Shown here in pieces: positions 10,214 through 22,200 of a stretch of DNA of 64,000 nt (the stretch's first letter is position 1; the number at the start of each line of letters is the position of its first letter). Source of the stretch: Eledone cirrhosa (taxonomy: Eukaryota); the NCBI GenBank assembly GCA_964016885.1, contig OZ024748.1, forward strand, positions 32,178,001-32,242,000, given 5' to 3'. The position numbers and the translations under genes are program-made. Under the pieces are notes generated by a model. The model saw only the letters and a program-made list of their open reading frames with translations, had not been told where the DNA came from and did not search any database.

Positions 10214-12450
10214 TTAACATTTCAAATACAAACCTCTCAGCCCAACAAGTAAAAATTCTCTCCAAAGGTCTGAAATTCACACCAACACCACAATACCCTA
10301 ACCCCAACGAGATAAATGACGATATCTCATACTTCTGTAGAAAATTACGTCTCACAGAGGAATTCTTTGACAAGGAGAATAACGACGAATCAATTGTACG
10401 GAATAAAAGCAGCTACAACCCAACAAAATGTAGAAACAGAGTTCTGGACAAATTTTGTGACCACATAGCTACCTTCCCATACCATGAACTACCGCAACCT
10501 AAACCCAAACCCAACACAAGTCGAAGGGAATGGGAGATTATCCATGAACTAAAAAACAATACGGACATTGTAATTAAGGAAGCGGACAAGGGAAGTACTG
10601 TTGTCATTATGGAGGCTGAAAAATATAAAAATTCTATGTTCTCTCTCTTACAAAATACTAATTACTATGAAAGAGTAAAAAACTACCAGCAATCAAAAAT
10701 AATGACCAAATTAAACACACTGATGTATCGATACCAGGAAGACCTAACTAAAAACGAACGCGATTATTTAACAAATTTTGAATACAAAACCAGCAACCTT
10801 TACGGACTTCCGAAGATCCACAAATGTAAAATAATCAACGATGCCTGTAAACAATCCACCTCAGCCTGCGTGAACACACAATACCCCACAGACCTTAAAT
10901 TAAGACCAATTGTAGCGGGCCCACAATGTGAAACACACAGATTGAGCAACTTTATAGACATACTACTGAAACCAATACTGAAACACATACCAAGCCTTGT
11001 AAGAGACGATCTGGACCTCTTAAACCACCTCCCCAAACATGTCAACAACGACACTATTATTGTGTCTTTCGATGTAGTGAATCTCTACACAACGATCCCA
11101 CACCAATACGGACTAGAAGCAATAGGATTCTGGCTAGAGAAATATCCCAATGAGATACCTGACAGAATAGAAAAAAGCTTCATCACCGAGGGATTAAAAT
11201 TCATCCTACAGAACAACTTTTTTGATTTCTATGGCAATACTTACAAGCAAATATCGGGGACTGCGATGGGTACAAAAGCCGCTCCAACTTATGCCAACTT
11301 AGTCATGGCATACTTAGAAGTCCAGATATATGAACAGTCCAAATCAAATTACGGATTGAACTTCCACAAATATTTATCAGAGAATTGGAAACGCTACTTG
11401 GATGATTGCCTCATTCTTTGGTCCCACACACTCGACCAACTGAAGGATTTCAAAAACTTAATAAACGGCATCAATAACCACATCCAATTCACAATGGAAT
11501 ACAGCCAAGATCAACTCCAATTTCTGGACATCTTAATCACAAAAAAAGACACAAATATCGAAACTGACATACACTACAAACCAACAGATTCCAAACAATA
11601 TCTGCTATTCACCTCCAACCATCCAAAGCACACGAAGACGAACATTCCTTTTAACCTAGCAAGAAGAATTTGCACAATTGTCTCCAATTATGAAACGCGA
11701 AATAAAAGACTTCAAGAATTAAAGGAAATTCTACTCGAGAGAGAGTACCCACTATTACTAATAAATAATGGAATAGAAAGGGCTAAAGCAATAGGCATTG
11801 ATGAATTACGGAAACAGAAACAAATTCAAGGTACGTCCAATATTCTATCATATATCTCAACACACAACCCAAGAAATGCGGAAGCTTACAACACTATTCA
11901 CAATAACATCCCACTACTAAAACAAAACCCAAGAATGAAAAAAGCCCTTGAAACACACAAAATAATCAAAAGCAAAAGACAACCAAAATCACTGAAAACA
12001 TTACTCACCAATGCCAAATTACCTACCACAAACCCACAACCAAGTATCAAAAAATGTGGTCGCTCTAATTGTGGAACCTGCACTAACCTCATTGAAGGCA
12101 ACACGTATACATTTAAATCAGGACAAAATTTTACTGTAAAAAATCACTTCACTTGCTCATCAAAAAATCTACTTTATGCCATTAAATGTAAAGGATGCAA
12201 TGAAGATTATATAGGACAAACTAAACTCACACTCAGAAACAGAATGACAGTTCATCGCCAACAATTACGAGATCCAACCACGAGACAGATACCACTAAGT
12301 GCACATCTAGACATTTGCGCAAGTAATAAGACACCCAAATTCCAAGTCTTCCCATTTTACCTTTGCGCTAACGATACAACAGAACAAATGCGAATAAATA
12401 AGGAAAATATGTTTATTCAAAAATATAGACCAACATTCAATAAGGTTTAA
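10144..12450 (+). CDS. Penelope-type reverse transcriptase + GIY-YIG endonuclease, uninterrupted; probably entered by -1 frameshift
   Basis: Motifs ILSKGLKFTP, IKEADKG, YGLPKIHK, LRPIV, SFDVVNLYT, GTAMGT, RYLDD and FLD. Cys linker CGRSNCGTC. LLYAIKCKGC..YIGQT..R...H. The ORF caller's start at 10180 is only a GTG. Confidence 0.93.
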   Translation, partial: FFRPRLQDSRHPVAQTDFEKPKIINISNTNLSAQQVKILSKGLKFTPTPQYPNPNEINDDISYFCRKLRLTEEFFDKENNDESIVRNKSSYNPTKCRNRVLDKFCDHIATFPYHELPQPKPKPNTSRREWEIIHELKNNTDIVIKEADKGSTVVIMEAEKYKNSMFSLLQNTNYYERVKNYQQSKIMTKLNTLMYRYQEDLTKNERDYLTNFEYKTSNLYGLPKIHKCKIINDACKQSTSACVNTQYPTDLKLRPIVAGPQCETHRLSNFIDILLKPILKHIPSLVRDDLDLLNHLPKHVNNDTIIVSFDVVNLYTTIPHQYGLEAIGFWLEKYPNEIPDRIEKSFITEGLKFILQNNFFDFYGNTYKQISGTAMGTKAAPTYANLVMAYLEVQIYEQSKSNYGLNFHKYLSENWKRYLDDCLILWSHTLDQLKDFKNLINGINNHIQFTMEYSQDQLQFLDILITKKDTNIETDIHYKPTDSKQYLLFTSNHPKHTKTNIPFNLARRICTIVSNYETRNKRLQELKEILLEREYPLLLINNGIERAKAIGIDELRKQKQIQGTSNILSYISTHNPRNAEAYNTIHNNIPLLKQNPRMKKALETHKIIKSKRQPKSLKTLLTNAKLPTTNPQPSIKKCGRSNCGTCTNLIEGNTYTFKSGQNFTVKNHFTCSSKNLLYAIKCKGCNEDYIGQTKLTLRNRMTVHRQQLRDPTTRQIPLSAHLDICASNKTPKFQVFPFYLCANDTTEQMRINKENMFIQKYRPTFNKV

Positions 12451-12469
12451 TATACATTATGTCAACACC

Positions 12470-12990
12470 ACAATATGACATACACACACACACATAACAC
12501 CTTCTACTTTAGAAAATAAAAACCCGAACTAAATAAACCTTAACATACGTTTGCACTGGCAATACAACAGCAAACACGAAAAAGTCAGGAAAATATGTTC
12601 ATTCAAAAATATTCCTACTAAAGGAATCACTTTCCTACACACACACATACACACACACACACACACAATATATATATATATATATTCTCTTCATCTTAAC
12701 ATGCTAACCATACTCCCACACACATAACACCCATACACACACATAACAACCCCCACACCTACAACTCCCTCCCCATTTCTACTAATAGAACCATTTTCCT
12801 ACACACATATATATACACACACACAAAATATATATTCTCTCCATCTTAACATACTCGCACACACACACATAACACCCATATACACACACACACAACTCCC
12901 TCCCCCATCTCTACTAATAGAATCATCTTCCAATAAACACATACACACACACATACACACACACAAGCACACAATTAAACATACATATCT
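12470..12990 (+). repeat. (CA)-rich degenerate tandem duplications in the Penelope 3' UTR
   Basis: Repeated blocks ATATATTCTCT..CATCTTAACAT...CACATAACACCC...ACAACTCCCTCCCC..CTACTAATAGAA at ~12680-12790 and ~12830-12922. Confidence 0.7.
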
Positions 12991-13482
12991 TCACTTCAAT
13001 AGAAAATCTGAACTCTGACACCCCGGCGAGCTGGCCATATTCACTGAACCAGAACATTTCTCCCAATCCCTTTTCTCTTGACCACTATCTCTCCATTGTC
13101 ATAACATTCACTATAAAGACTACAGAATAGTTTTCCAAATAAGGGCGCAAAAGTGTAATGAAAACTTGTTAACCTGACAGCCAAATTTCATTTTTAACCA
13201 ACCCCAAAAAAGCCTTCGTGAGCCTCCTTTTTTCAAGTAAAAAGAAATTCAAACACTCATATATGAAAAAACAACCTGTGACAACCCCCCCCCCCTCTCT
13301 CTCTCTTATTTGAAGAACTATTGTAACGCGAACTGGCGCGAAATTTATTATAATTATTGACAAACCAATCAAATCACTTCTCGAAAAACCTGGCATTTCG
13401 AGCCACTTTTTCCATATAAAACAAGTAATATTCAGAGACCAACCAGATGTGAGAAAAACCACAGTCCCTCCATCTCAACTCA

Positions 13483-13520
13483 CCTTTTGAAAAGCAGAAG
13501 AACTGCGAAACCGGTAAAGG
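13483..13520 (+). ncRNA. Minimal type I hammerhead ribozyme (U3:A8 variant) at the Penelope 3' end
   Basis: CCUU-[UUGAAAA]-GCAG aagaa CUGC-[GAAA]-CCGG-[UA]-AAGG. Palindromic ACCGGU stem III. Predicted cleavage after A13516. Confidence 0.85.
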
Positions 13521-13656
13521 AACCAAATAAATATATATATATATTTAAAAAATAAGACTCGAGTTGCATTTTCGATTTCATCTCTTTTTCTTTATACTTT
13601 CACTCGTGTAGGACACCTCGGTTATTTTCCATTTTATAAAAAAGCCTCACTTTCTA

Positions 13657-14090
<434 letters not shown>

Positions 14091-14290
14091 NNNNNNNNNN
14101 NNNNNNNNNNNNNNNNNNNNNNNNNNNNNNNNNNNNNNNNNNNNNNNNNNNNNNNNNNNNNNNNNNNNNNNNNNNNNNNNNNNNNNNNNNNNNNNNNNNN
14201 NNNNNNNNNNNNNNNNNNNNNNNNNNNNNNNNNNNNNNNNNNNNNNNNNNNNNNNNNNNNNNNNNNNNNNNNNNNNNNNNNNNNNNNNNN
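14091..14290. other. Assembly gap (200 N)
   Basis: Run of n. Confidence 1.
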
Positions 14291-14872
14291 TGAATGAATC
14301 TCGGCTTCGGAGTTTAAGAATGATGTAAATAAAATTGTAAACGAAAATGACAGAGGTTATTAAAATAGTAAAAGTAAATAGTGAAGATTTAGGCCAGTAC
14401 ATACGTATGTGCCGACGGGCATACACATACATATACATACGCACACACAAACGTGCGCGCGTGTTTGTGTTTCTACAGCATTTTCACCAAACTTAAGACA
14501 TAGGTTACTTATGTACTCCGGATGGTCATGGACACTTTCATTTTTCCAGATATTGATTATAGGGCCTCCCGGCAGATAACCCCCTTTAACCACTTCCTTG
14601 GAAGTAGTGCAATGCAACAAAACGTCATAACTTCTGGAGTTCGCAACCGATTTTCACAAAACTTGATACATGAGCTACGTTTGTTCTACAGATGATTGTG
14701 AACTCTCAAAATTGGCACATATTGAGTAGGAGACCCCTACAGTGATACCTTGAGATACGAGTGAACTGACATACAAGTTTTTTTAGATACGAGCCATCAC
14801 ACGGCTAATTTTTTGCCTTGTGATACGAGCTGAGTTTTGAGATACGAGCTACGAGCTAGCGGGTGCCTGAGA

Positions 14873-15127
14873 GGGGGTGCAGAATTAATTTTGCGCGGTG
14901 AACTCCAACCAAAGTTACTCCCGTCGTTTATATCCGTAAAGTGACTAAAAATTAAAACAAATGTAATATATTTACGGTTAGCGTTAGGGTTGAATTAACC
15001 CTAACCTTAACCCTAAAAAATAACCCTAACCCTAAATAAATTACATTTGTTTTAGTCACTTACGGATATAAACAACCGGAGTAACTTTCGTTGGAGTTCA
15101 CCAGGCAAAATTAATTCAGTAACCCCC
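14873..15127. mobile_element. 255-bp palindromic MITE with a telomere-repeat core, nested in the Tigger-like element
   Basis: GGGGG...CCCCC termini. About 95-bp imperfect inverted arms (GAATTAATTTTGC..GGTGAACTCCAAC..AAAGTTACTCC). TGAGA direct repeat on both sides. TTAGGG/CCCTAA units at 14976-15035. Confidence 0.85.
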
Positions 15128-15237
15128 TGAGAGCGGTAAGGCCAAGTGGTAACCTCGGCGCACGAGCATCTCTGTTGTGTTACTGTTGTGATTTTAGTTG
15201 CTTTTGGTTTATTTCGATAAAAATCTTAGTTTCAACC

Positions 15238-15904
15238 ATGAGTCCTAAGAAAGTGAGTGCCAACAACACTGGCGAGAAGAAGAAAAGGATGATGTCTATT
15301 AAGCACGAAATCATAGAAAAACATGAGCGTGGTGTGCGTGCTATTGACTTGGCAAAGGAGAACGATCGTAGTACTTCAACAAAATGTACAATATGTACTA
15401 AGCTGTGACCTGAAGTTGTGTCCCGAAAGGATTCAAACCCGAACCCGAAGAGATAGTGGAGGAGGAGATTGTGTCCATCGGAAAATCCATGGACCTGAAA
15501 GTGGACGAAGGAGACGTCAATGACCTCGTTGAAGAGCACAATGGGGAATTGACGATGGAGGAATTAAAGAAGCTACAGGACCAGCAGCATACAGAGATTT
15601 GGCAGGAAATTAATGAGGGGCCAGAGTCAGAGGAGGTAGTAATCCCTTCAAGTGAAATTAAGGAAATGTTGGGAATTTGGGAGAAACTTAATGATTTTAT
15701 TGACAAAAATCATCAAGAAAAAGTTGGAACAAGTCGTGCGTCGGCACTGTTTAACGACACTTGCCTCAATCATTTCAGAAACATTTTGAAAGGGAGGAAG
15801 AAACCTCCTTGGACAGGTTTTTATTGAAACGCCCTCAAAGCGAAGGCGAGGAAAGTGTGGCCAAAAAGCCAAAAGTCAGTGAAGATGATGATGACAGTAA
15901 CTGA
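15238..15904 (+). pseudogene. Tigger/TIGD1-like transposase remnant lacking the DDE domain
   Basis: MSPKKVS..KKKRMMSIKHEIIEKHERGVRAIDLAKE..RSTST..TI (CENP-B/psq-type HTH) joined to an acidic C-terminus, EEIVSIGKSMDLKVDEGDVNDLVEEHNGELTMEELKKL. Confidence 0.8.
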
Positions 15905-16238
15905 AGTACCGTACGGTACGAAAAGAAACAAAAATAAAAAAAATAGAAATTAAGTTTAGCGATTAAGTGTAGCATAATGTGTAAGTTAAATTTAGCAATA
16001 AAAAATAGCATTAACTGCGTAGTAAGTCAAGTTAAGAGAGAGAGTGCAAAACAAAAAACATTTACAGCCTCCCCCGTCATTCTCCTCCACCCCTGCCAAT
16101 CTCCTCCACCACCGCCAGCTTTTTCATCTCATCTTGAAGGTAAATAGACTTAATAAATCCAGTTTATTTCTTTACATTCTCATATTATGTTCTTATTATT
16201 TCATTATAAATTATTTGTTATTTATAAAGTCTATTTCT

Positions 16239-19200
16239 AATCGCTCTATATCATCAGCTCCTGATTATTTACTAGAATACTATAAGAATATAACATCAGT
16301 AATCTCAGTAGACAGGAGGGGTAGTTAGCCATGATAAGCTTCAACAAAAGCGAAACAAGGCCCTTGTCGGCTTATCTCCCCTGTTTGCTGAGATTAAAGT
16401 AAGTTAATTTGTCACTACACTAAAACAATAGCATACGATCTTCAAAATGCTTTTAATTAGGCATAAAGTCTATTGCAAAATACATTATATATACATGCAT
16501 ATATATATTGCTATTTCAGAGTTCCAATTCTAATTGTTAATTTCTGCCTGACCAACAATCGCTCTGTATAATCAGCTCCTGATTATTTACTAGAATTCTA
16601 TAAGAATATAACATCAGTAATCTCAGTAGACAGGAGGGGTAGTTAGCCTTGATAAGCTTCAACAAAAGCGAAACAAGACCCTTGTCGGCTTATCTCCCCT
16701 GTTTGCTGAGATTAAAGTAAGTGAATTTGTCGCTACACTAAAACAATAGCATACGGTCTTCAAAATGCTTTTAATTAAGCATAAAGTCTATTGCAAAATA
16801 CATTATATATACATCCATATATATATTGCTATTTCAGAGCTCCAATTCTAATTTTTAATTTCTGCCTGACCAACAATCACTCTGTATAATCAGCTCCTGA
16901 TTATTTACTAGAATTCTATAAGAATATAACATCAGTAATCTCAGTAGACAGGAGGGGTAGTTAGCCTTGATAAGCTTCAACAAAAGCGAAACAAGGCCCT
17001 TGTCGGCTTATCTCCCCTGTTTGCTGAGATTAAAGTAAGTGAATTTGTCACTACTCTAAAACAATAGCATACGGTCTTCAAAATGCTTTTAATTAAACAT
17101 AAAGTGTATTGCAAAATACATTATATATACATCCATATATATATTGCTATTTGAGAGCACCAATTCTAATTTTTAATATCTGCCTGACCAACAATCGCTC
17201 TGTATAATCAGCTACTGATTATTTACTAGAATTCTATAAGAATATAAAATCAGTAATCTCAGTAGACGGGAGGGGTAGTTAGCCTTGATAAGCTTCAACA
17301 AAAGCGAAACAAGGCCCATGTCGGCTTATCTCCCCTGTTTGCTGAGATTAAAGTAAGTGAATTTGTCGCTACACTAAAACAATAACATACGGTCTTCAAA
17401 ATGCTTTTAATTAAGCATAAAGTCTATTGCAAAATACATTATATATACATCCATATATATATTGCTATTTCAGAGCTCCAATTCTAATTTTCAATTTCTG
17501 CCTGACCAACAAGCGCTCTGTATAATCAGCTCCTGATTATTTACTAGAATTCTATAAGAATATAACATCAGTAATCTCAGTAGACAGGACGTGTAGTTAG
17601 CCTTGATAAGCTTCAACAAAAGCGAAACGAGGCACTTGTCGGTTTATCTCCCTGGTTTTATGAGATTAAAGTAATTGAATTTGTCACTACTCTAAAACAA
17701 TAGCATACGGTCTTCAAAATGCTTTTAAATAAGCATAAAGTGTATTGCAAAATACATTATATATACATCCATATATATATTGCTATTTCAGAGCTCCAAT
17801 TCTAATTTTTAATTTCTGCCTGACCAACAATCGCTCTGTATAATCAGCTCCTGATTATTTACTAGAATTCTATAAGAATATAACATCAGTAATCTCAGTA
17901 GACAGGAGGGTTAGTTAGCCTTGATAAGCTTCAACAAAAGCGAAACAAGGCCCTTGTCGGCTTATCTTCCCTGTTTGCTGAGATTAAAGTAAGTGAATTT
18001 GTAACTACTTTAAAACAATAGCATACGGTCTTTAAAATGCTTTTAATTAAGCATAAAGTGTATTGCAAAATACATTATATATACATCCATATATATATAT
18101 GTTGCTATTTCAGAGCTCCAATTCTAATTTTTAATTTATGCCTGACCAACAATCGCTCTGTATAATCAGCACCTGATTATTTACTAGAATTCTATAAGAA
18201 TATAACATCAGTAATCTCAGTAGACAGGAGGGGTAGTTAGCCTTGATAAGCTTCAACAAAAGCGAAACAAGGCCCTTGTCGGCTTATCTCCCCTGTGTGC
18301 TGAGATTAAAGTAAGTGAATTTGTCACTACTCTAAAACAATAGCATACGGTCTTCAAAATGCTTTTAATTAAGCATAAAGTCTATTGCAAAATACATTAT
18401 ATATACATCCATATATATATATGTTGCTATTTCAGAGCTCCAATTCTAATTTTTAATTTCTGCCTGACCAGCAATCGCTCTGTATAATCAGCTCCTGATT
18501 ATTTACTAGAACTCAATAAGAATATTACATCAGTAATCTCAGTAGACAGGAGGGTTAGTTAGCCTTGATAAGCTTCAACAAAAGCGAAACAAGGCCCTTG
18601 TCGGCTTATCTCCCCTGCTTGCTGAGATTAAAATAAGTGAATTTGTCAGTATTCTAAAACAATAGCATACGGTCTTCAAAATGCTTTTAATTAAGCATAA
18701 AGTCTATTGCAAAATACATTATATATACATCCATATATATATTGCTATTTCAGAGCTCCAATTCTAATTTTTAATTTCTGCCTGACCAACAATCGCTCTG
18801 TATAATCAGCTCCTGATTATTTACTAGAATTCTTTAAGAATATAACATAAGTAATCTCAGTAGACAGGACGGGTAGTTAGCCTTGATAAGCTTCAACAAA
18901 AGCGAAACAAGGCCCTTGTCGGCTTATCTCCCCTGTTTGCTGAGATTAAAGTAAATGAATTTGTCACTACTCTAAAACAATAGCATACGGTCTGCAAATG
19001 CTTTTAATTAAGCATAAAGTCTATTGCAAAATACATTATATATACATCCATATATATATTGCTATTTCAGAGCTCCAATTCTAATTTTTAATTTCTGCCT
19101 GACCAACAATCGCTCTGTATAATCAGCTCCTGATTATTTACTAGAATTCTATAAGAATATAAGATCAGTAATCTCAGTAGACAGGAGGGGTAGTTAGCCT

Positions 19201-22200
19201 TGATAAGCTTCAACAAAAGCGAAACAAGGCCCTTGTCGGCTTATCTCCCCTGTTTGCTGAGATTAAAGTAAATTAATTTGTCACTACTCTAAAACAATAG
19301 CATACGGTCTGCAAATGCTTTTAATTAAGCATAAAGTCTATTGCAAAATACATTATATATACATCCATATATATATTGCTATTTCAGAGCTCCAATTCTA
19401 ATTTTTAATTTCTGCCTGACCAACAATCGCTCTGTATAATCAGCTCCTGATTATTTACTAGAATTCTATAAGAATATAACTTCAATAATCTCAGTAGACA
19501 GGACGGGTAGTTAGCCTTGATAAGCTTCAACGAAAGCGAAACAAGGCCCTTGTCGGCTTATCTCCCCTGTTTGCTGAGATTAAAGTAAATGAATTTGTCA
19601 CTACTCTAAAACAATAGCATACGGTCTGCAAAATGCTTTTAATTAAGCATAAAGTCTATTGCAAAATACATTATATATACATCCATATATATATTGCTAT
19701 TTCAGAGCTCCAATACTAATTTTTAATTTCTGCCTGACCAACAATCGCTCTGTATAATCAGCTCCTGATTTTTTACTAGAATTCTATAAGAATATAACAT
19801 CAGTAATCTCAGTAGACAGGAGGGGTAGTTAGCCTTGATAAGCTTCAACAAAAGCGAAACGAGGCCCTTGTCGGCTTATCTCCCCTGTGTGCTGATATTA
19901 AAGTAAGTGAATTTGTCACTACTCTAAAATAATAGCATACGGTCTTCAAAATGCTTTTAATTAAGCATAAAGTCTATTGCAAAATACATTATATATACAT
20001 CCATATATATATATGTTGCTATTTCAGAGCTCCAATTCTAATTTTTAATTTCTGCCTGACCAACAATCGCTCTGTATAATCAGCTCCTGATTATTTACTA
20101 GAACTCAATAAGAATATTACATCAGTAATCTAAGTAGACAGGAGGGTTAGTTAGCCTTGATAAGCTTCAACAAAAGCGAAACAAGGCCCTTGTCGGCTTA
20201 TCTCCCCTGCTTGCTGAGATTAAAATAAGTGAATTTGTCACTATTCTAAAACAATAGCATACGGGCTTCAAAATGCTTTTAATTAAGCATAAAGTCTATT
20301 GCAAAATACATTATATATACATCCATATATATATTGCTATTTCAGAGCTCCAATTCTAATTTTTAATTTCTGCCTGACCAACAATCGCTCTGTATAATCA
20401 GCTCCTGATTATTTACTAGAATTCTTTAAGAATATAACATAAGTAATCTCAGTAGACAGGACGGGTAGTTAGCCTTGATAAGCTTCAACAAAAGCGAAAC
20501 AAGGCCCTTGTCGGCTTATCTCCCCTGTTTGCTGAGATTAAAGTAAATGAATTTGTCACTACTCTAAAACAATAGCATACGGTCTGCAAATGCTTTTAAT
20601 TAAGCATAAAGTCTATTGCAAAATACATTATATATACATCCATATATATATTGCTATTTCAGAGCTCCAATTCTAATTTTTAATTTCTGCCTGACCAACA
20701 ATCGCTCTGTATAATCAGCTCCTGATTATTTACTAGAATTCTATAAGAATATAACATCAGTAATCTCAGTAGACAGGAGGGGTAGTTAGCCTTGATAAGC
20801 TTCAACAAAAGCGAAACAAGGCCCTTGTCGGCTTATCTCCCCTGTGTGCTGAGATTAAAGTAAGTGAATTTGTCACTACTCTAAAACAATAGCATACGGT
20901 CTTCAAAATGCTTTTAATTAAGCATAAAGTCTATTGCAAAATACATTATATATACATCCATATATATATATGTTGCTATTTCAGAGCTCCAATTCTAATT
21001 TTTAATTTCTGCCTGACCAACAATCGCTCTGTATAATCAGCTCCTGATTATTTACTAGAACTCAATAAGAATATTACATCAGTAATCTCAGTAGACAGGA
21101 GGGTTAGTTAGCCTTGATAAGCTTCAACAAAAGCGAAACAAGGCCCTTGTCGGCTTATCTCCCCTGCTTGCTGAGATTAAAATAAGTGAATTTGTCAGTA
21201 TTCTAAAACAATAGCATACGGTCTTCAAAATGCTTTTAATTAAGCATAAAGTCTATTGCAAAATACATTATATATACATCCATATATATATTGCTATTTC
21301 AGAGCTCCAATTCTAATTTTTAATTTCTGCCTGACCAACAATCGCTCTGTATAATCAGCTCCTGATTATTTACTAGAATTCTTTAAGAATATAACATAAG
21401 TAATCTCAGTAGACAGGACGGGTAGTTAGCCTTGATAAGCTTCAACAAAAGCGAAACAAGGTCCTTGTCGGCTTATCTCCCCTGTTTGCTGAGATTAAAG
21501 TAAATGAATTTGTCACTACTCTAAAACAATAGCATACGGTCTGCAAATGCTTTTAATTAAGCATAAAGTCTATTGCAAAATACATTATATATACATCCAT
21601 ATATATATTGCTATTTCAGAGCTCCAATTCTAATTTTTAATTTCTGCCTGACCAACAATCGCTCTGTATAATCAGCTCCTGATTATTTACTAGAATTCTA
21701 TAAGAATATAACATCAGTAATCTCAGTAGACAGGAGGGGTAGTTAGCCTTGATAAGCTTCAACAAAAGCGAAACAAGGCCCTTGTCGGCTTATCTCCCCT
21801 GTGTGCTGAGATTAAAGTAAGTGAATTTGTCACTACTCTAAAACAATAGCATACGGTCTTCAAAATGCTTTTAATTAAGCATAAAGTCTATTGCAAAATA
21901 CATTATATATACATCCATATATATATATGTTGCTATTTCAGAGCTCCAATTCTAATTTTTAATTTCTGCCTGACCAACAATCGCTCTGTATAATCAGCTC
22001 CTGATTATTTACTAGAACTCAATAAGAATATTACATCAGTAATCTCAGTAGACAGGAGGGTTAGTTAGCCTTGATAAGCTTCAACAAAAGCGAAACAAGG
22101 CCCTTGTCGGCTTATCTCCCCTGCTTGCTGAGATTAAAGTAAATGAATTTGTCACTACTCTAAAACAATAGCATACGGTCTGCAAAATGCTTTTAATTAA

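Larger units (their letters stand above)
14740..16238 (+). mobile_element. Internally deleted pogo/Tigger-like DNA transposon; right end not seen
   Basis: TA|CAGTGATACCTTGAGATACGAG terminus, repeated GATACGAG subterminal motifs, and transposase N- and C-terminal remnants. Confidence 0.8.

Noticed and set aside
14400-14735. Possible Helentron/HINE-like fragment (ACCGATTTTCACAAAACTTG; TTTTCACCAAACTT)
   Set aside because: The motif resemblance is suggestive, but no boundaries could be defined.
14976-15035. True telomere or chromosome fusion site
   Set aside because: Only a few degenerate units, inside a MITE with inverted arms and a target duplication.
16044-16328. 94-aa ORF crossing into the satellite
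   Set aside because: Low-complexity junction ORF with a GTG start and no motifs.
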